From positions 27,530,001 through 27,594,000 of the forward strand of contig CM059433.1 in the NCBI GenBank assembly GCA_030390025.1: a DNA stretch of 64,000 nucleotides, read 5' to 3'. This document shows, in pieces, positions 1-12,900 of this stretch (position 1 is its first letter; every line of letters starts with the position of its first letter). A program made the position numbers and the translations under genes. The notes beneath the pieces were generated by a model. That model was not told the DNA's origin and did no database searches. It worked only from the letters and a program-made list of their open reading frames with translations. Source of the stretch: Squalus acanthias. Taxonomy: Eukaryota.

Positions 1-1515
1 ATCTTGCGTAATAACCTCTTGTGTGGCACCATATCGAATGCTTTCTGGAAATCCAAATACACTACATCCACTGGTTCCCCTTATCTACCTTGCTAGTTAC
101 AACCTCAAAAACTCTAACAGATTTGTCAAACATGATTTCCCTTTCTTAAATCCACGTTGACTCTGCCCAATAATAATGGGCCAGAAATTCGGGTCGGAGG
201 CTTCCCGCGGGTGCAAGCCCCCAACCTGCACTTACATAGCACGCCTGCCGTTGTGCTGTGGACCCGCGTGGGATTCTGATCCTGGGCCTCCTCCAGCTGC
301 CGGTGTGCAGTGCTTGCGTATCCCAGCGGTGCAGTTAGTTCGAAGCATCCCCTGGGATCACGTGGGCTATAGAGAGCCAATCGGAGCAGGGAATCTCCAT
401 TCATAGATTTGACAGGAAGACCTGTCAAATCTATGAATAGAGATCGGCCCCAAAACCTAACTAAAACTTCAAATAATTTTTTTTTTTAAATCACATTTTT
501 AAAATAACTATAAATTACATAAATTAACTATTTTAAACAAAAATTTAAATTTTTGAAAAAATTACTTATAGTTTTTAACGGGGCTAAAAATAAACTTACC
601 TTTCTTTAAAGTATTTAAAAAAGATAAACCTGTGGAAAAAATGTTTAAATTTTACTTAATTCAACACTTACCTTGTTAAAAGCAGGCCTTGCGCCTGCTT
701 TTTCAACGCACAGCTGCTAGGGACTTACCCTCACGGAGAAACCTGAAAAAAAAACGGAAGTTCCAGGCGTACGCACTGCCTCTCTGGCGCACGCGTTTTA
801 CCTCCGAACCCCTTCCTTCAAGGGAACGGAAGTTCCAGTTTCCAGTGCATGCGCAGTGCATGCGCGAAACTGGCACTTTCGTTGGGTCTACGGGTGAGTA
901 CACTGCGCGTACTCACCCGTGGAGACCCGAATTTCTGGCCCATTATGATTTTCTAAGTGTCCTGTTACCACGTCCCTAATAATAGATTCTAGCATTTTCC
1001 CTACTATAGATGTCAGGTTAACCGGTCTATAGTTCCCTGTTTTCTCTCTCTCTGCTTTCTTGAATAACAGGGTAACATTTGCAATCTTCCAAACCACAGG
1101 GACCATTTTAGAATCTAGGAAATTCTGGAAGATCAAAACCAATGCACTCACTATTTCTATAGCCACCTCTTTTAAAACTCTAGGATGTAGGCCATTAATG
1201 TAGTCCCATTAATTTCTCCAGTACTATTTCTTTACTAATACTAATTTCTTTAAGTTCCTCATTCTCACTAGAACCTTGGTTCTCCACTGTTTCCGGAATG
1301 TTTTTCGTGTCTTCTTCCGTGAAGACAGATACAAAATATTTGCTTAATGTCTCTGCCATTTCTTTATTCCCATTATAATTTCTCCTGTTTCTGCCTGTAA
1401 GGGACCCACGTTTGCCTGCGCTAATCTCTTCCTTTTTACATATCTATAGAAGCTTTTACAATCTGTTTTTATGTCTCTCGCTAGTTTACTCTCATATTAT
1501 ATTTTCTCATTTTCA
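1..1515 (-). mobile_element. CR1 LINE ORF2 fragment interrupted by a DNA element at 178-941
   Basis: ORF 888..1166 reads WKIANVTLLFKK...GNYRPVNLTSIVGKMLESII. The frame continues across the insert into the QHGF.KGKSC region at 1-170. Confidence 0.85.
178..941. mobile_element. Non-autonomous TIR DNA transposon (Harbinger-like MITE)
   Basis: Perfect 18-bp TIR: gggccagaaattcgggtc (178-195) and gacccgaatttctggccc (924-941). GC-rich arms around an AT-rich centre; splits a CR1. Confidence 0.85.
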
Positions 1516-2134
1516 ATGTTAGCCAACAATGCATCTTGAATGCAGTTCACTCTAGATTTGGTGCACCATCATGGAAATGAAATGCACTGCACTTTGCCAA
1601 CTAGTCATCCTTTCTAAATGCACAGATGCACTCTGTTTTGGGCACTGTGTGATGTTGTCATATCAATATGTGAACTATGTGACCAATTAGCTATGGCAAG
1701 CAATGAACACACTGCTGCACCAGGAAATTAACGCTGGATGTTTATACATTGCGGAAGGTGGCAGTTGACTTAGCCACTTGGGTTTCACACATGTCTCAGA
1801 TTCCTCTTTTCAGCATTTTTTTAATAACTATTTGAGCAGATTGCACATGACAAGGAGAGACACCAAAGATTCCTTATGATCAGAGGGCCATGGGAATTAT
1901 GGGCATATCACAATAAAGGGAATGGTAAGGATGAAGTCAGAGGCTTCCCCCAAGCTCATGGCTAATAAACCTTGCTCTTCATTCATTATTTCCTTATTCA
2001 CTCACTCATTCATTTCCTTGTACTAGGGCATCACATCAGTTTTATTGCATCTTAGCTTGACAACAGGAACTTCTCAGTTCTTTTATCTTTCTTGCAGAAC
2101 ATTGCTCATAAAAAAACCATGCAACATCACTTTT

Positions 2135-2450
2135 TCCGCTGATGGGGGAATCTAGGACAAGGGGTCATCACCTTCAAATCAGAGCCAGACCATTCAGGAG
2201 CGCAGTTAGGAAACACTTCTTCACGCAAAGGGTGGTAGAAGTGTAGAATTCTCTCCCACAAAAAGCAGTAGACGCTAGCTCAATTAATAATTTAAAATCT
2301 GAGATTGATAGATTTTTGCTAGCCAAGGATATTAAGGGATAGGGAGCCAAGGCTGGTAAATGGAGTTAGGATACAGATCAGCCATAATCTCATTGAATGG
2401 CGGAACAGGCTCGAGGGGCTGAATGGGCTACTTCTGTTCCTATGTTCCTA
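2135..2450 (+). mobile_element. CR1 LINE 3' end
   Basis: Degenerate SRTRGH...FFTQRVV C-terminus, followed by the 3' UTR with a gttcctat tail. Confidence 0.8.
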
Positions 2451-2826
2451 TAAGTGGAGTTAATGCAACTTGATTTTATATAAAGTTATAATTCCACTTG
2501 ATGATTTTATACCCTGACTTATATTCTGAGTGTTCTGTACTTAGTTCTTACTCTGAGCTGTAATGATAATTTTTACACTTTACTGATACTATTCTCAAAA
2601 TGACAAATAGAAAACAGTTTCTTTTTTTATTCAAAATAATGCTTCAATCCATGAGGTTAAATCTTAAATTAAGTTCACTTGGGACCTGGTAGCAAATATT
2701 GTTTACAAGAGTGTCTGCGTGTGTGGCATAGATAAAACCTTCGGTGTACACCATTGAATGGCAGCTTCTGCATGTAAGAAATATGTATAGAATTGTGCAA
2801 GTTTTCTAATCTTTTTAATTAACACT

Positions 2827-3011
2827 GGGAGTTAAATTCAACTTCGGCGCACGCACAAAACAGGCAGAAGCAAATCTGCCGCCTGTTATACACCTTGCCT
2901 AATTTTTCTTTCCATTTACTTCAGTGGAGAGGGAAATTTGGCGGGTGCATAGTGGGTGGACGATCCACAACTGCCTGTTTTGCGCCTTTGCTGAAGTTGA
3001 ATGTTACCCCC
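2827..3011. mobile_element. Palindromic MITE (about 185 bp); related copies near 8187-8365, 20154-20338, 35862-36048, 44581-44759, 44847-44950 and 46261-46400
   Basis: TIRs of the type ggggtaaaattcaacttcgg / aagttgaattttacccc, with a central tttccattgacttcaatgg-like palindrome in most copies. Confidence 0.7.
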
Positions 3012-3064
3012 ATTATGTTAAAATATATGACTAATTAGGATTGATGGGATCCAGGTTCTATCCG

Positions 3065-3730
3065 GGACATTGGGATACATATTGGACCTCGTTGCACCTG
3101 TTTTATGCCAGTAAAATGGGCGCAACGAGACCCAATTTCGGGGTCCAACATATTTGACCTGAAATTAGGTCAGACCATTTTTTAGTCTTCTGGGGCAGTC
3201 GCCTAAAACAAGCAATAAGCCTCTTGCATATGTTAATGAGGGGACTAATGATTTAGGTCCCCTCCAAGAAGTTGGGCTGCCTTGAGCGGCCCTGCTTCAC
3301 CGACAGGATTACATAAGCATATTTATCAATTGAGGTGATGCATTGTCAATGCATGTAATCACAATGTACCATCTGCCACATTTCTAGATGTAGCCTGCGG
3401 TCTAGCCTGCAGCAGGATTTCTCCTCCTGGCTCCACAGCACTTCTGACAACTGTGATCGCCCTTTCCCCGCCTGCTGCCTACCACCCGCCGCACCCCCCC
3501 TGCCCCCCGCCACTCCCAGGACTTACACGAGGATCGCTGCCGGTGAGACAGGCGGCCCAAAATTTGATTCTTCAGTCGGGTGAGCTTCAACAGGCGCCCA
3601 CAGCTTGCCACAATTATTTAGATGTGGCCTGCAGGCCAATTTCTCACGATCCTCAGACCTCTTGTTTGGGCACCAGGAATCATTCCCTGCATTCTTTTGC
3701 AGCTTCAAAACTGACCTAAGTGAATTTCTA
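3065..3730. mobile_element. Degenerate GC-rich non-autonomous DNA element (Harbinger-like)
   Basis: GC-rich block with an internal hairpin (ctcgttgcac...gcgcaacgag) and gaaatt/aatttc termini similar to the other elements. Confidence 0.4.
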
Positions 3731-3800
3731 AATCAATAGCCTACTGAACAGTAGCAGTGGTCTGAAAGTAGATTCTTTCAACAAATATATGATTACTCAC

Positions 3801-3977
3801 AGATTTCCCAGGTTGTCCATTCTCGCCAACTGATCCAGGAGGTCCCATTGGAACATCTCCATAAAGAGGGCATGCACTGGCACACTTTCTTCTCACTATA
3901 CTCGTATATAGTGACATTTGTTCAAGAACAAGTCTTTTGCAGACCTCAATCACATGACTGGCTGGCAAAATTGGACC
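3801..3977 (-). CDS. Exon encoding NC2 (trimerisation helix) and start of COL1, 177 nt
   Basis: [59 protein letters not shown]. The HVIEVC..LV.EQ stretch resembles FACIT NC2 domains; tttag|...|gtgagt. Confidence 0.9.
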
Positions 3978-6900
3978 CTAAAATACACATAATACACATA
4001 AAATATATGTTTGCTGATGATTGCATAGTGTTCAGTTCCATTCGCAACTCCTCAGATAATGAAGCAGTTCTTGCCCGCATGCAGCAAGACATGGACAACA
4101 TTCAGGCTTGGGCTGATAAGTGGCAAGTAACATTCACTCCACACCGTGCCAGGCAATGACTACCTCCAACAAGAGAGAGTCAAACGACCTCCCCTTGACA
4201 TTCAACAGCATTACCATTATCGAATCCCCCACCATCAACTTCCTGGGGTTACCATTGACCAGAAACTTAACTGGACCAGCCACATAACTACTGTGGCTAA
4301 AAGAGCAGGTCAGAGGCTGGGTGTTCTGTGGCGAGTGACTCTCCTCCTGATGCCCCAAAGCCTTCCCACCATCTACAAGGCACAAGTCAGGAGTGTGATG
4401 GAATACTCTCCACTTGCCTGGATGAGTGCAGCTCCAATAGCACTCAAGAAGCTCGCAACCATACAGGGCAAAGCAGCCTGCTTGATTGGCACCCCATCCA
4501 CCACCTTAAACATTCACTCCCAGCACACCGTGGCTGCAGTGTGTACCTTCTACAAGATGCACTGCAGCAACTCACCAAGGCTTCTTCGGCAGCACCTCCC
4601 AAACCCGCGACCTCTACCACCTAGAAGGTCAAGGGCAGCAGGCGCATGGAAATACCATCACCTCCAAGTTACCCTCCAAGTCACACTTGGAAATATATCG
4701 CCCTTCCTTCATCGTTGCTGGGTCAAAATCCTGGAACTCCGTCCCTAACAGCATTGTGGGAGTACCTTCACCACAGGGACTGCAGCGGTTCAAAAAAGGC
4801 GGCTCACCACCACCTTCTCAAGGGCAATTAGGGATGAGCAATAAATGCTGGCCTTGCCAGCGATGCCCACATCCCATGAATGAATTTAAAAAAACATAAA
4901 ATTGTCAAAAGTACACCATAAATATTTTAACTGCTGTGTGATATCCTGATTCAGGTTTGTGTTAGATTATGTACATGGACTATAATGTTCCAATCGTGCC
5001 CAGTAGCATGTGTTAAAATAACACTTAAGATTACTTTTTACAAAGGCTTAATTTCTAAAAAAAAATATTTGAAATGACATTCAAAGATCATTGTTTTTCA
5101 TCTGAATAAAAAAACAGACTAATTTTTTTCACAAGACACTAGCAGACAATATACACTTGACTGAAAACTTTGCTGCTGTCATCTCAGTTGTTAGTGTACA
5201 ATAACCTTTGTAATGTATACCATATTGTTGAACCTCACATTCACTGGCTATTTATAATATAATTGCTCGCATTGCAAACTTATATTTCTGTACCGCTAGG
5301 ATTTATCCTTACACTAATTGTCATATATAGTAGCATATTTCTAGACCCAAAAAGTCACCAAAGGAGGTTAGATTTACAATGTGAATGCACATAATTTTGC
5401 ATATCACATTTCATTTTACTTACAGGAGGTCCAACAGCTCCAGAGGATCCAGCCAGGCCTGTATCACCAGTTACACCCTGCTCTCCAACTGGGCCCAGTT
5501 CACCTGGTTCCCCAGGAGGCCCTCTTTTACCCTTGAGACCCCCTGGCCCAGGGTCCCCTTCATCTCCAGGCTAGACAATAAAGTGAAAGGCTTTTAAAGA
5601 AAAATACAAACTTAAAATAATAACAACTTGTATTTATATAGCACATTTAAATTAGAAAGCATCCCAAGGCATAATCAAACAAAATGGATGCCGAGCCAAA
5701 AAAAAAAGATATGGGGGCGGGGACCAAAGGCTTGGTCAAATAGCTGGGTTTTTTAGGAGGGTGGAGAAGTGGTGGGGCATGGGGCCTAGACATCTGAAGG
5801 CACAGCCAGCAATTATGGGGTGAAGGGAGGCAGAGACAATGTTACTTCCCAAAGAAACAGGTCAATGAATAATCACAGAGAAGTCACGACTGCTATTTTT
5901 GCTAATATTTTTCTCCAATTTTAGGAAGTAGTAATTAAATTAATCAGAATGTACATCTTTCAAAAGTGTGATGTGTGAGAATGCAAATTCATTATATGTA
6001 TTTAGAAAGTAGGAGTGAATCATGATGCACCTGCAATAGTGATCCTTTAATACTTCTCAAGCACTTAACAAGCCATTTAACCACTATGAATGCCAATGTT
6101 CAATAATCCAATTGTGCAGTGTGCGCCTGCTTGAGAAAATATCTGAATGCCAACAAAACTAGTTATGAACCATATTAATCATGCATTCTATGATTCACCC
6201 AATATGCTGCATCAGCTTGTTCATATGCATTCATTCTGCACGAGTAAATAACATGCATTGACAAAACAGCACCCAAATGGATAAGTATGCTTATGTAATC
6301 ACAATGCATCATGTGCCACCTTCACGGAGCAAGGAGAACCGTCAACCATACTTGAAGAGTACTACACACTTTAGTGCCAGCCATCACCATGTGCACTTGA
6401 ACCAGGCACCGGCACAGATGCAGATACTACAAAGAAGCAGCTAACTGTATTGATGAGTAAGCACAGGGTGAGTACCAAGCCTTAGTGAGGAAGGGGTAGC
6501 ACTGGTTGTGGTTGATGAGGAGCCAGCTAATGTAGAGTGGAAACCCAGCATGCTGTGTCCCTACTGAGCTGCATGGGTATACAAAATTTAGTTGGTCAGT
6601 TTTTAAGTCGAGGTTGGCACAGCACTGAGCAAACTCTTGCTTCCTTGCACACAAAACTGAAAGGTAGTCTGGGTACTGTTGATGATTCCAACTTCAGTTA
6701 TGTACTGCCATCTCCCATGAGTGAATTCATGGAGAACCAGTGTTTGGACTGCAGTGCGTCATTCATCACTTAGTAATAGCAACGGCATCTGCAGTGGAAA
6801 TTTCATCTTTCACAAATGCTCCCACTGCTGCTATAGAGGCTTTGGGATCCAAACTCCAAGATAAAGTCATGGCTGGCTGTAACTTATTTAGGGAAACGTT

Positions 6901-9900
6901 ATAGGCAAACAATAGAGTAATTCCAAAACTTCATTAGTGTTCACGATTCCATGCTTACACAGATCAGTGGGCACCATGAGGAGATGCTTCAGTAGTGGTA
7001 TGTGCGGATCGGTACAGGAGCTGCTAGTTAGCAGTCATGTCAGAAGCAGTTCTGTGCCGTCACATAATCCTGCATAAATGACAGGAGGCACATCTCTAAG
7101 GAATGAACCCACAATGACTACAGCAATAGGAACCCCGGCACTAATACAGGTCCATTATATTAGCCTCAAATATAAATAGCGGACCTTCTGTAGCTCCTGA
7201 AGCTTATCAGTTGGCCATCGACCAGGGCAGCACATCAAGAAACAATACAGAGATGTTCACAACACACAAGGAACAAATATGGCAGCAAAACCAGAAGGGA
7301 GGGAAGAGAGAAACCAGGTAACCATAGACCTGTCAGTTTAACATCAATTGTAGGGAATTTTCTGGAATCTATCATCAGAGACAGAGTGCCTGAGCACTTG
7401 AACATGTATCAGTTGATCAATGAGAGTTAGCATGGATTTGTGACGGATAGGTCATGTCTGACTAACCTAGTTGAATCGCTAGCATGGTGGATAGGGAGTA
7501 GGGAGTGTCTGTGGAAGTTGTCCATATGGACTTCCAGAAGGCATTTGATAATTTTCCACACACGAGATTATTAGCAAAAATGGGAACACATGAAATTGGA
7601 GGTTACCTTGTGATATGGGTTGTTAATTGGTTAGGAGGTAGGAAACAGAGAATTAGCTCTAATTTTAAGATTATGTCCTCTTGTTTGGATTCCTGCATGA
7701 AAGGAAATAGTTTCTCTCTACCTGCCCTGTTAAATCCCTTAATCATTTGCCTTTGCTCCTAAAATTTCACCACTCATCATTACTCAAATTTACTCTTTGC
7801 GAAGTGAGCATAAGAATGTAAGATCCATAATGTCTTTACTTACTTCTCCTTTTGGTCCTTTTTCTCCTTTTTCACCCTTAAACCAAATAAATTGGAAAAT
7901 GTAATTAATATAAACATTACTTCTTGTTGCCCTTCAAATAAAATTTTGAAAGTGACATTTTTATATTACCTTTAGACCTTCACTACCCTGTGTTCCATCA
8001 GCACCTGTATCACCCTGAGAGACAATAAGTGGTTATTGTTCATTATTGGGTTTTTCATTCTTAGTGAAACATAAACAGCACATTGCAAAAACCTGCCTTC
8101 ATATCAATCACAGCAGTATTTAATACTTAAGATCTTTCACATAAACATTCACCAGATGATTTTTAAATCCTTGCATTAATGAACGCAGGCTAAAATTCAA
8201 CTTCGACGTGAAACTGACGGTAGCGGATCGACCGCCCGTTATGCACCTCACCCCATTTTCCTGTTCATTAACATTAATGCAAAAGAAAATCAGGCAGTGT
8301 GTATAATGGGCGGCCAATCCGCTACTGCCCATTTTGTGCCCCCGCCAAAGTTGAATTTTACCCCCAGAATTCCTAGTTTAAAGTATTAGAAGCTATTATA
8401 TCATAGTGCCAAGCAACATTAATAAGAGAAGAAAGAATTAGCATTTATTTAGCACCTTATCATATTCTCCGATTTCCCAAAGCCTTTTACAATCAATGGC
8501 TTACTTATGAATAGCATTCACTATTGTTATGTAGGCATATGCGGCAGCCAATTTGTACACAGCAAGGTCCCACAAACAGTAAATCATAAATGGCCACGTA
8601 ATCTGCTTTTTCTCTGAGTGTTGGTTGAAGGAGATTGGTCAAGATGATGTCATGGGATCCTTTTATGTCCACCTGTGCAGGCAATGGACCTCAGTTTAAC
8701 AGCTCATCTGGAAGACAGCACCGTCAACAGTGCAACACTTCTTCATCAGCCTAGATTATGCGTTTAAGTGAGGCTTGAACTCAGAACCTTCTGACTCAGT
8801 GGTGAGAGCTCTAACAATTAAGCTAAGACCATAAAATCCTTTGATAATGCTAAGATGTTTCAGCACAAGTCAAACAAGATCCATACCTTCAATCCTTTCA
8901 CTCCTGGGTATCCTATATGACCCTATAGGAAATTTAGACTTATTAAAATAGGTAGACACATAATAGAAGATGTAAAGTAAAAAAATTACTGGTCATTAGA
9001 AAGAACAATATTTTGAGGTCACAATAAAACTTACATGAATTCCAGGATACCCAACAAACCCAGGCCGTCCTGGTATTCCTGCATCACCTCTTTGGCCTTT
9101 TGGTCCCTGTATGATGGGATTGGAAAGTTATGTAAAAATTAACATACAATTCATTAGGAAAGAAATACAGAAATCACTACAATGTATTTTATTGAATCAA
9201 GAAATATTTTCATGAATGCTTTGTATCCTTTAAATATAGTATTCTAGCAATCGAGTCTTAATTTTCTCTAACACTGCGTTGTTTCACACTAGTCCTAGAG
9301 ATGATTCAGCTACAAATTCGTCTTTATAAGTTGACCAGGTTGAATCCAATCCTGCATCTCGTTGAGCCACTTGAATCTTAACGGTTTAAATTTCTGCGGG
9401 GGTTCTCCTGATCATCGGGCGTAACTTCAACAGAAGATCTCATTGAAACGTATAAACTTCTGACAGGGCTAGACAGGCTGAATGCAGGGAGGATGTTTCC
9501 CCTGGCTGGGGGGTCTAGAACGAGGGGTCACAGTCTCAGGATATGGGGTAGGACACTTAGGACTGAGATGAGGAGAAATTTCTTCACTCAGAGGGTGGTG
9601 AACCTGTGGAATTCTCTACCACAGAAGGCTGTGGGGGCCAAGTCACTGAATATATTTAAGAAGGAGATAGATAGATTTCTAGACACAAAAGGCATCAAGG
9701 TGTATGGGGAGAGAGCAGGAATATGGTATTGAGATAGAGGATCAGCCATGATCATATTGAATGGCGGAGCAGGCTCGAAGGGCCGAATGGCCTACTCCTG
9801 CTCCTATTTTTTCTATGTTTCTATGTTTCTAAGATCTGTGGAAATCCCGGAGAAGTGGTATAAACACTGTTTACAACCATTTCTCCAGAGTTTCCGCGGA

Positions 9901-12900
9901 TCATTCGCCAAAATTTCAGCAGATGGTTGGAAAAACTCCACGAAAATTCTAGAGCAACATTTGATACCTGCTTTACCTTCACAAAACTGACCATTTATAT
10001 TAAATATGTACTAGTTTACATTTATTGAGCTAAAATGGTGATTAGATTAAAAACGCTGACATTTCTCACAATTTAACATTTTAAAAAGTAAGGGCTAGAT
10101 TTTGCGGCGGGCCAGCGGGCACAATCAGTGGCAGGTCGGGTGGGAATTTTTTTTTTTCCCCAGCAGGTCGGGATCCCGCTGTGAACCCGCCGCCATGCGC
10201 CTTTACCAAATGCCGTGTCTATCAGCGCTGAGCAGACCCGACACGCAGCGGCAGTGGAGGCAATTAAAATCATTAGTGGCTTGTTTACAGCCACTTGTCA
10301 ATGGTTTTTTCCCAGCTTTTTGGATTTGACAGGTTACCCACCAGTTTCCCACTGTGCCAAGACCTCATCTGTGAAACTGAGGCAGGAGGTCAGTGGCCAT
10401 TGAATCAGCTGATGAGGTGACAGCTTCAAATGTCAAGTCAAAGCTCCCAGCTGATTGAGACATGTTCCATTAACCACTAGCTTCTCTAAACTGCATTTCC
10501 ACTGCAGATTCAGGATGCTGCAAGTCTTTACACAAGTCTCCATCCAGTATGACCTCATTACCTCTCCCACCATTGACAGATCGCTTCTGTCATCTCTACT
10601 TCACCTTCCATCTATTCCATCAGCATGGGTGCCCTTGAAACTCTCTCACCTTGGTGCCTCAGAATCCCACCACGATCAGCCCCAACACCAGCATCACCAG
10701 TCACACCAGCAGCACCAACAACAACACCAACCTTCTCCGCAATCAACTGATGCTGCACAGGACAGAGGGCATCAGCACCCGACCACATTGCTGCCCAGGA
10801 CACCAGGGATGGCCTCACCATGGCCAGATTTACTTCACTTGATGCTGTACACCCTGACTGCCACATGAAGTGCCAGGTTGGCACCACCCCACACCAACAA
10901 CATAAAGCATCCCTTCAATGCCCAAGCTATTCCTTTCACACTCATCGCCATTGCGAGGGGTACGATTATGTCTCACCATTCACTGCAAAGTGATGGAAGG
11001 TGTCATTGACAGTGCTATCAAGCGGCACTTACTCACCAATAACCTGCTCACTGGTGCCCAGTTTGGGTTCCGCCAAGACCACTCGGCTCCTGACCTCATT
11101 ACAGCCTTGGTCCAAACATGGACAATGGAGCTGAATTCCAGAGGTGAGGTGAGAGTGACTACCCTTGACATCAAGGCAGCATTTGACCGAGTCTGGCATC
11201 AAGGAGCCCTAGTAAAACTGAAGTCAATGTGAATCAGGGGGAAAACTCTCCACTGGCTGGAGTCATACCTAGCACAAAGGAAGATGGTTGTGGTGGCTGA
11301 AGGTCAATCATCACAGCCCCTGGACATCGCTGCAGGAGTTCCTCAGGGCAGTGTCCTAGGCCCAACCATCTTCAGCTGCTTCATCAATGACCTTCCCTCC
11401 AACATAAGGTCAGAAATGGGGATGTTCGCTGATGACTGCACAGTGTTCAGCGCCATTCACAACTCCTCAGATAATGAAGCAGTCCATGCCCGCATGCAAC
11501 AAGGCCTGGACGACGTTCAGGCTTGGGCTGATAAGTGGCAGGTAGCATTTGTGCCACAGAAGTGCCAGGCAATGACTATCTCCAACAAGCGAGAGTGTAA
11601 CCACCTCCCCTTGACATTCAATGGCATTACCATCGCCAAATCCCCCACTATCAACATCCTGGGGTCACCATTAACCAGAAACTTAACTGGACCAGCCACA
11701 TAAATACTGTGGCAACAAGAGAAGGTCAGAGGCTAGGTATTCTGTGGCGAGTGTCTCACCTCCTGACTCCCCAAAGCCTTTCCACCATCTACAAGGCACA
11801 AGTAAGGAGTGTGATGGAATACTCTCCACTTGCCTGGATGAGTGCAGCTGCAAAAACACTCAAGAAGCTCGACACCATCCAGGACAAAGCAGCCCACTTG
11901 ATTGGCACCCCATCCACCACCTTAAACATTCACTCCCTCCACCACCGGCGTACCATGGCTGCAGTGTGTACCATCTACAAGATGCACTGCAGCAACTCAC
12001 CAAGGCTTCTTCGGCAGCACCTCCCAAACCCGCAACCTCTTCCACCTAGAAGGACAAGGGCAGCAGGTGCATGGGAACACCACCACCTCCAAGTTCCCCT
12101 CCAAGTCACACACCATCCTGACTTAGAAGTATATCGCCGATCCTTCATCGTCGCTGGGTCAAAATCCTGGAACTCCCTACCTAACAGCACTGTGGGAGTA
12201 CCATCACCACACGGACTGCAGCGGTTAAAGAAGGCGGCTCACCACCACCTTCTCAAGGGCAAATAGGGATGGGCAATAAATGCTGGCCTTGCCAGCGACA
12301 CCCAGATCCCATAAACGAATAAAAAAAACTCACTAAGCCACTTCCAAAGGTGCAGACAAATCTGTCCAAGAACGCAAAGTGTTGAAAATAAAGGTTTCAA
12401 CGTTTGACACCACATTAACAGAAAATTAACATGAACATTGCATAAAACAGCCAAGTGCCTACTCTTTTGTGTTGTTAGTTGGTATGATTGCACTAGGATG
12501 AGGGTGATTGTGAGGGGTGGCGAGTGAGATGGGGATGTGATAATGTAAATAGAGAGGGATGGGTGGAGCTGCAAGGCAAGTTGGTGTGAATAAGGATATG
12601 CAGGAGTAGGGTAGGGAAGGCAGAGTGATGGGGATGTGATGAGACGCACAGCATGATGAGGTTGAATGTGGCTTTGTACTAACGTTTCGTGATCTACTGA
12701 GATCAATGAAATGTTTGTGGCACTGCATCCAGGTCCCTACTGACCACATCCCTCCTCTGCAATGTGCAATCAGGCTGTGTTGATCTCCTGGGGAGGTCTC
12801 TTCCGCCCATGAGAAGGGAAGAGGACCTCCCTGCGTGCTGTGACTCCCTCCATAAGCATTGGAGGGAGCCATGGGAGAGCCTGGGTGCAGCCCTGCACCT

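Noticed and set aside
1..3800. Remaining COL1/NC1 exons of the collagen
   Set aside because: I found no Gly-X-Y exon here; they presumably lie beyond the window start.
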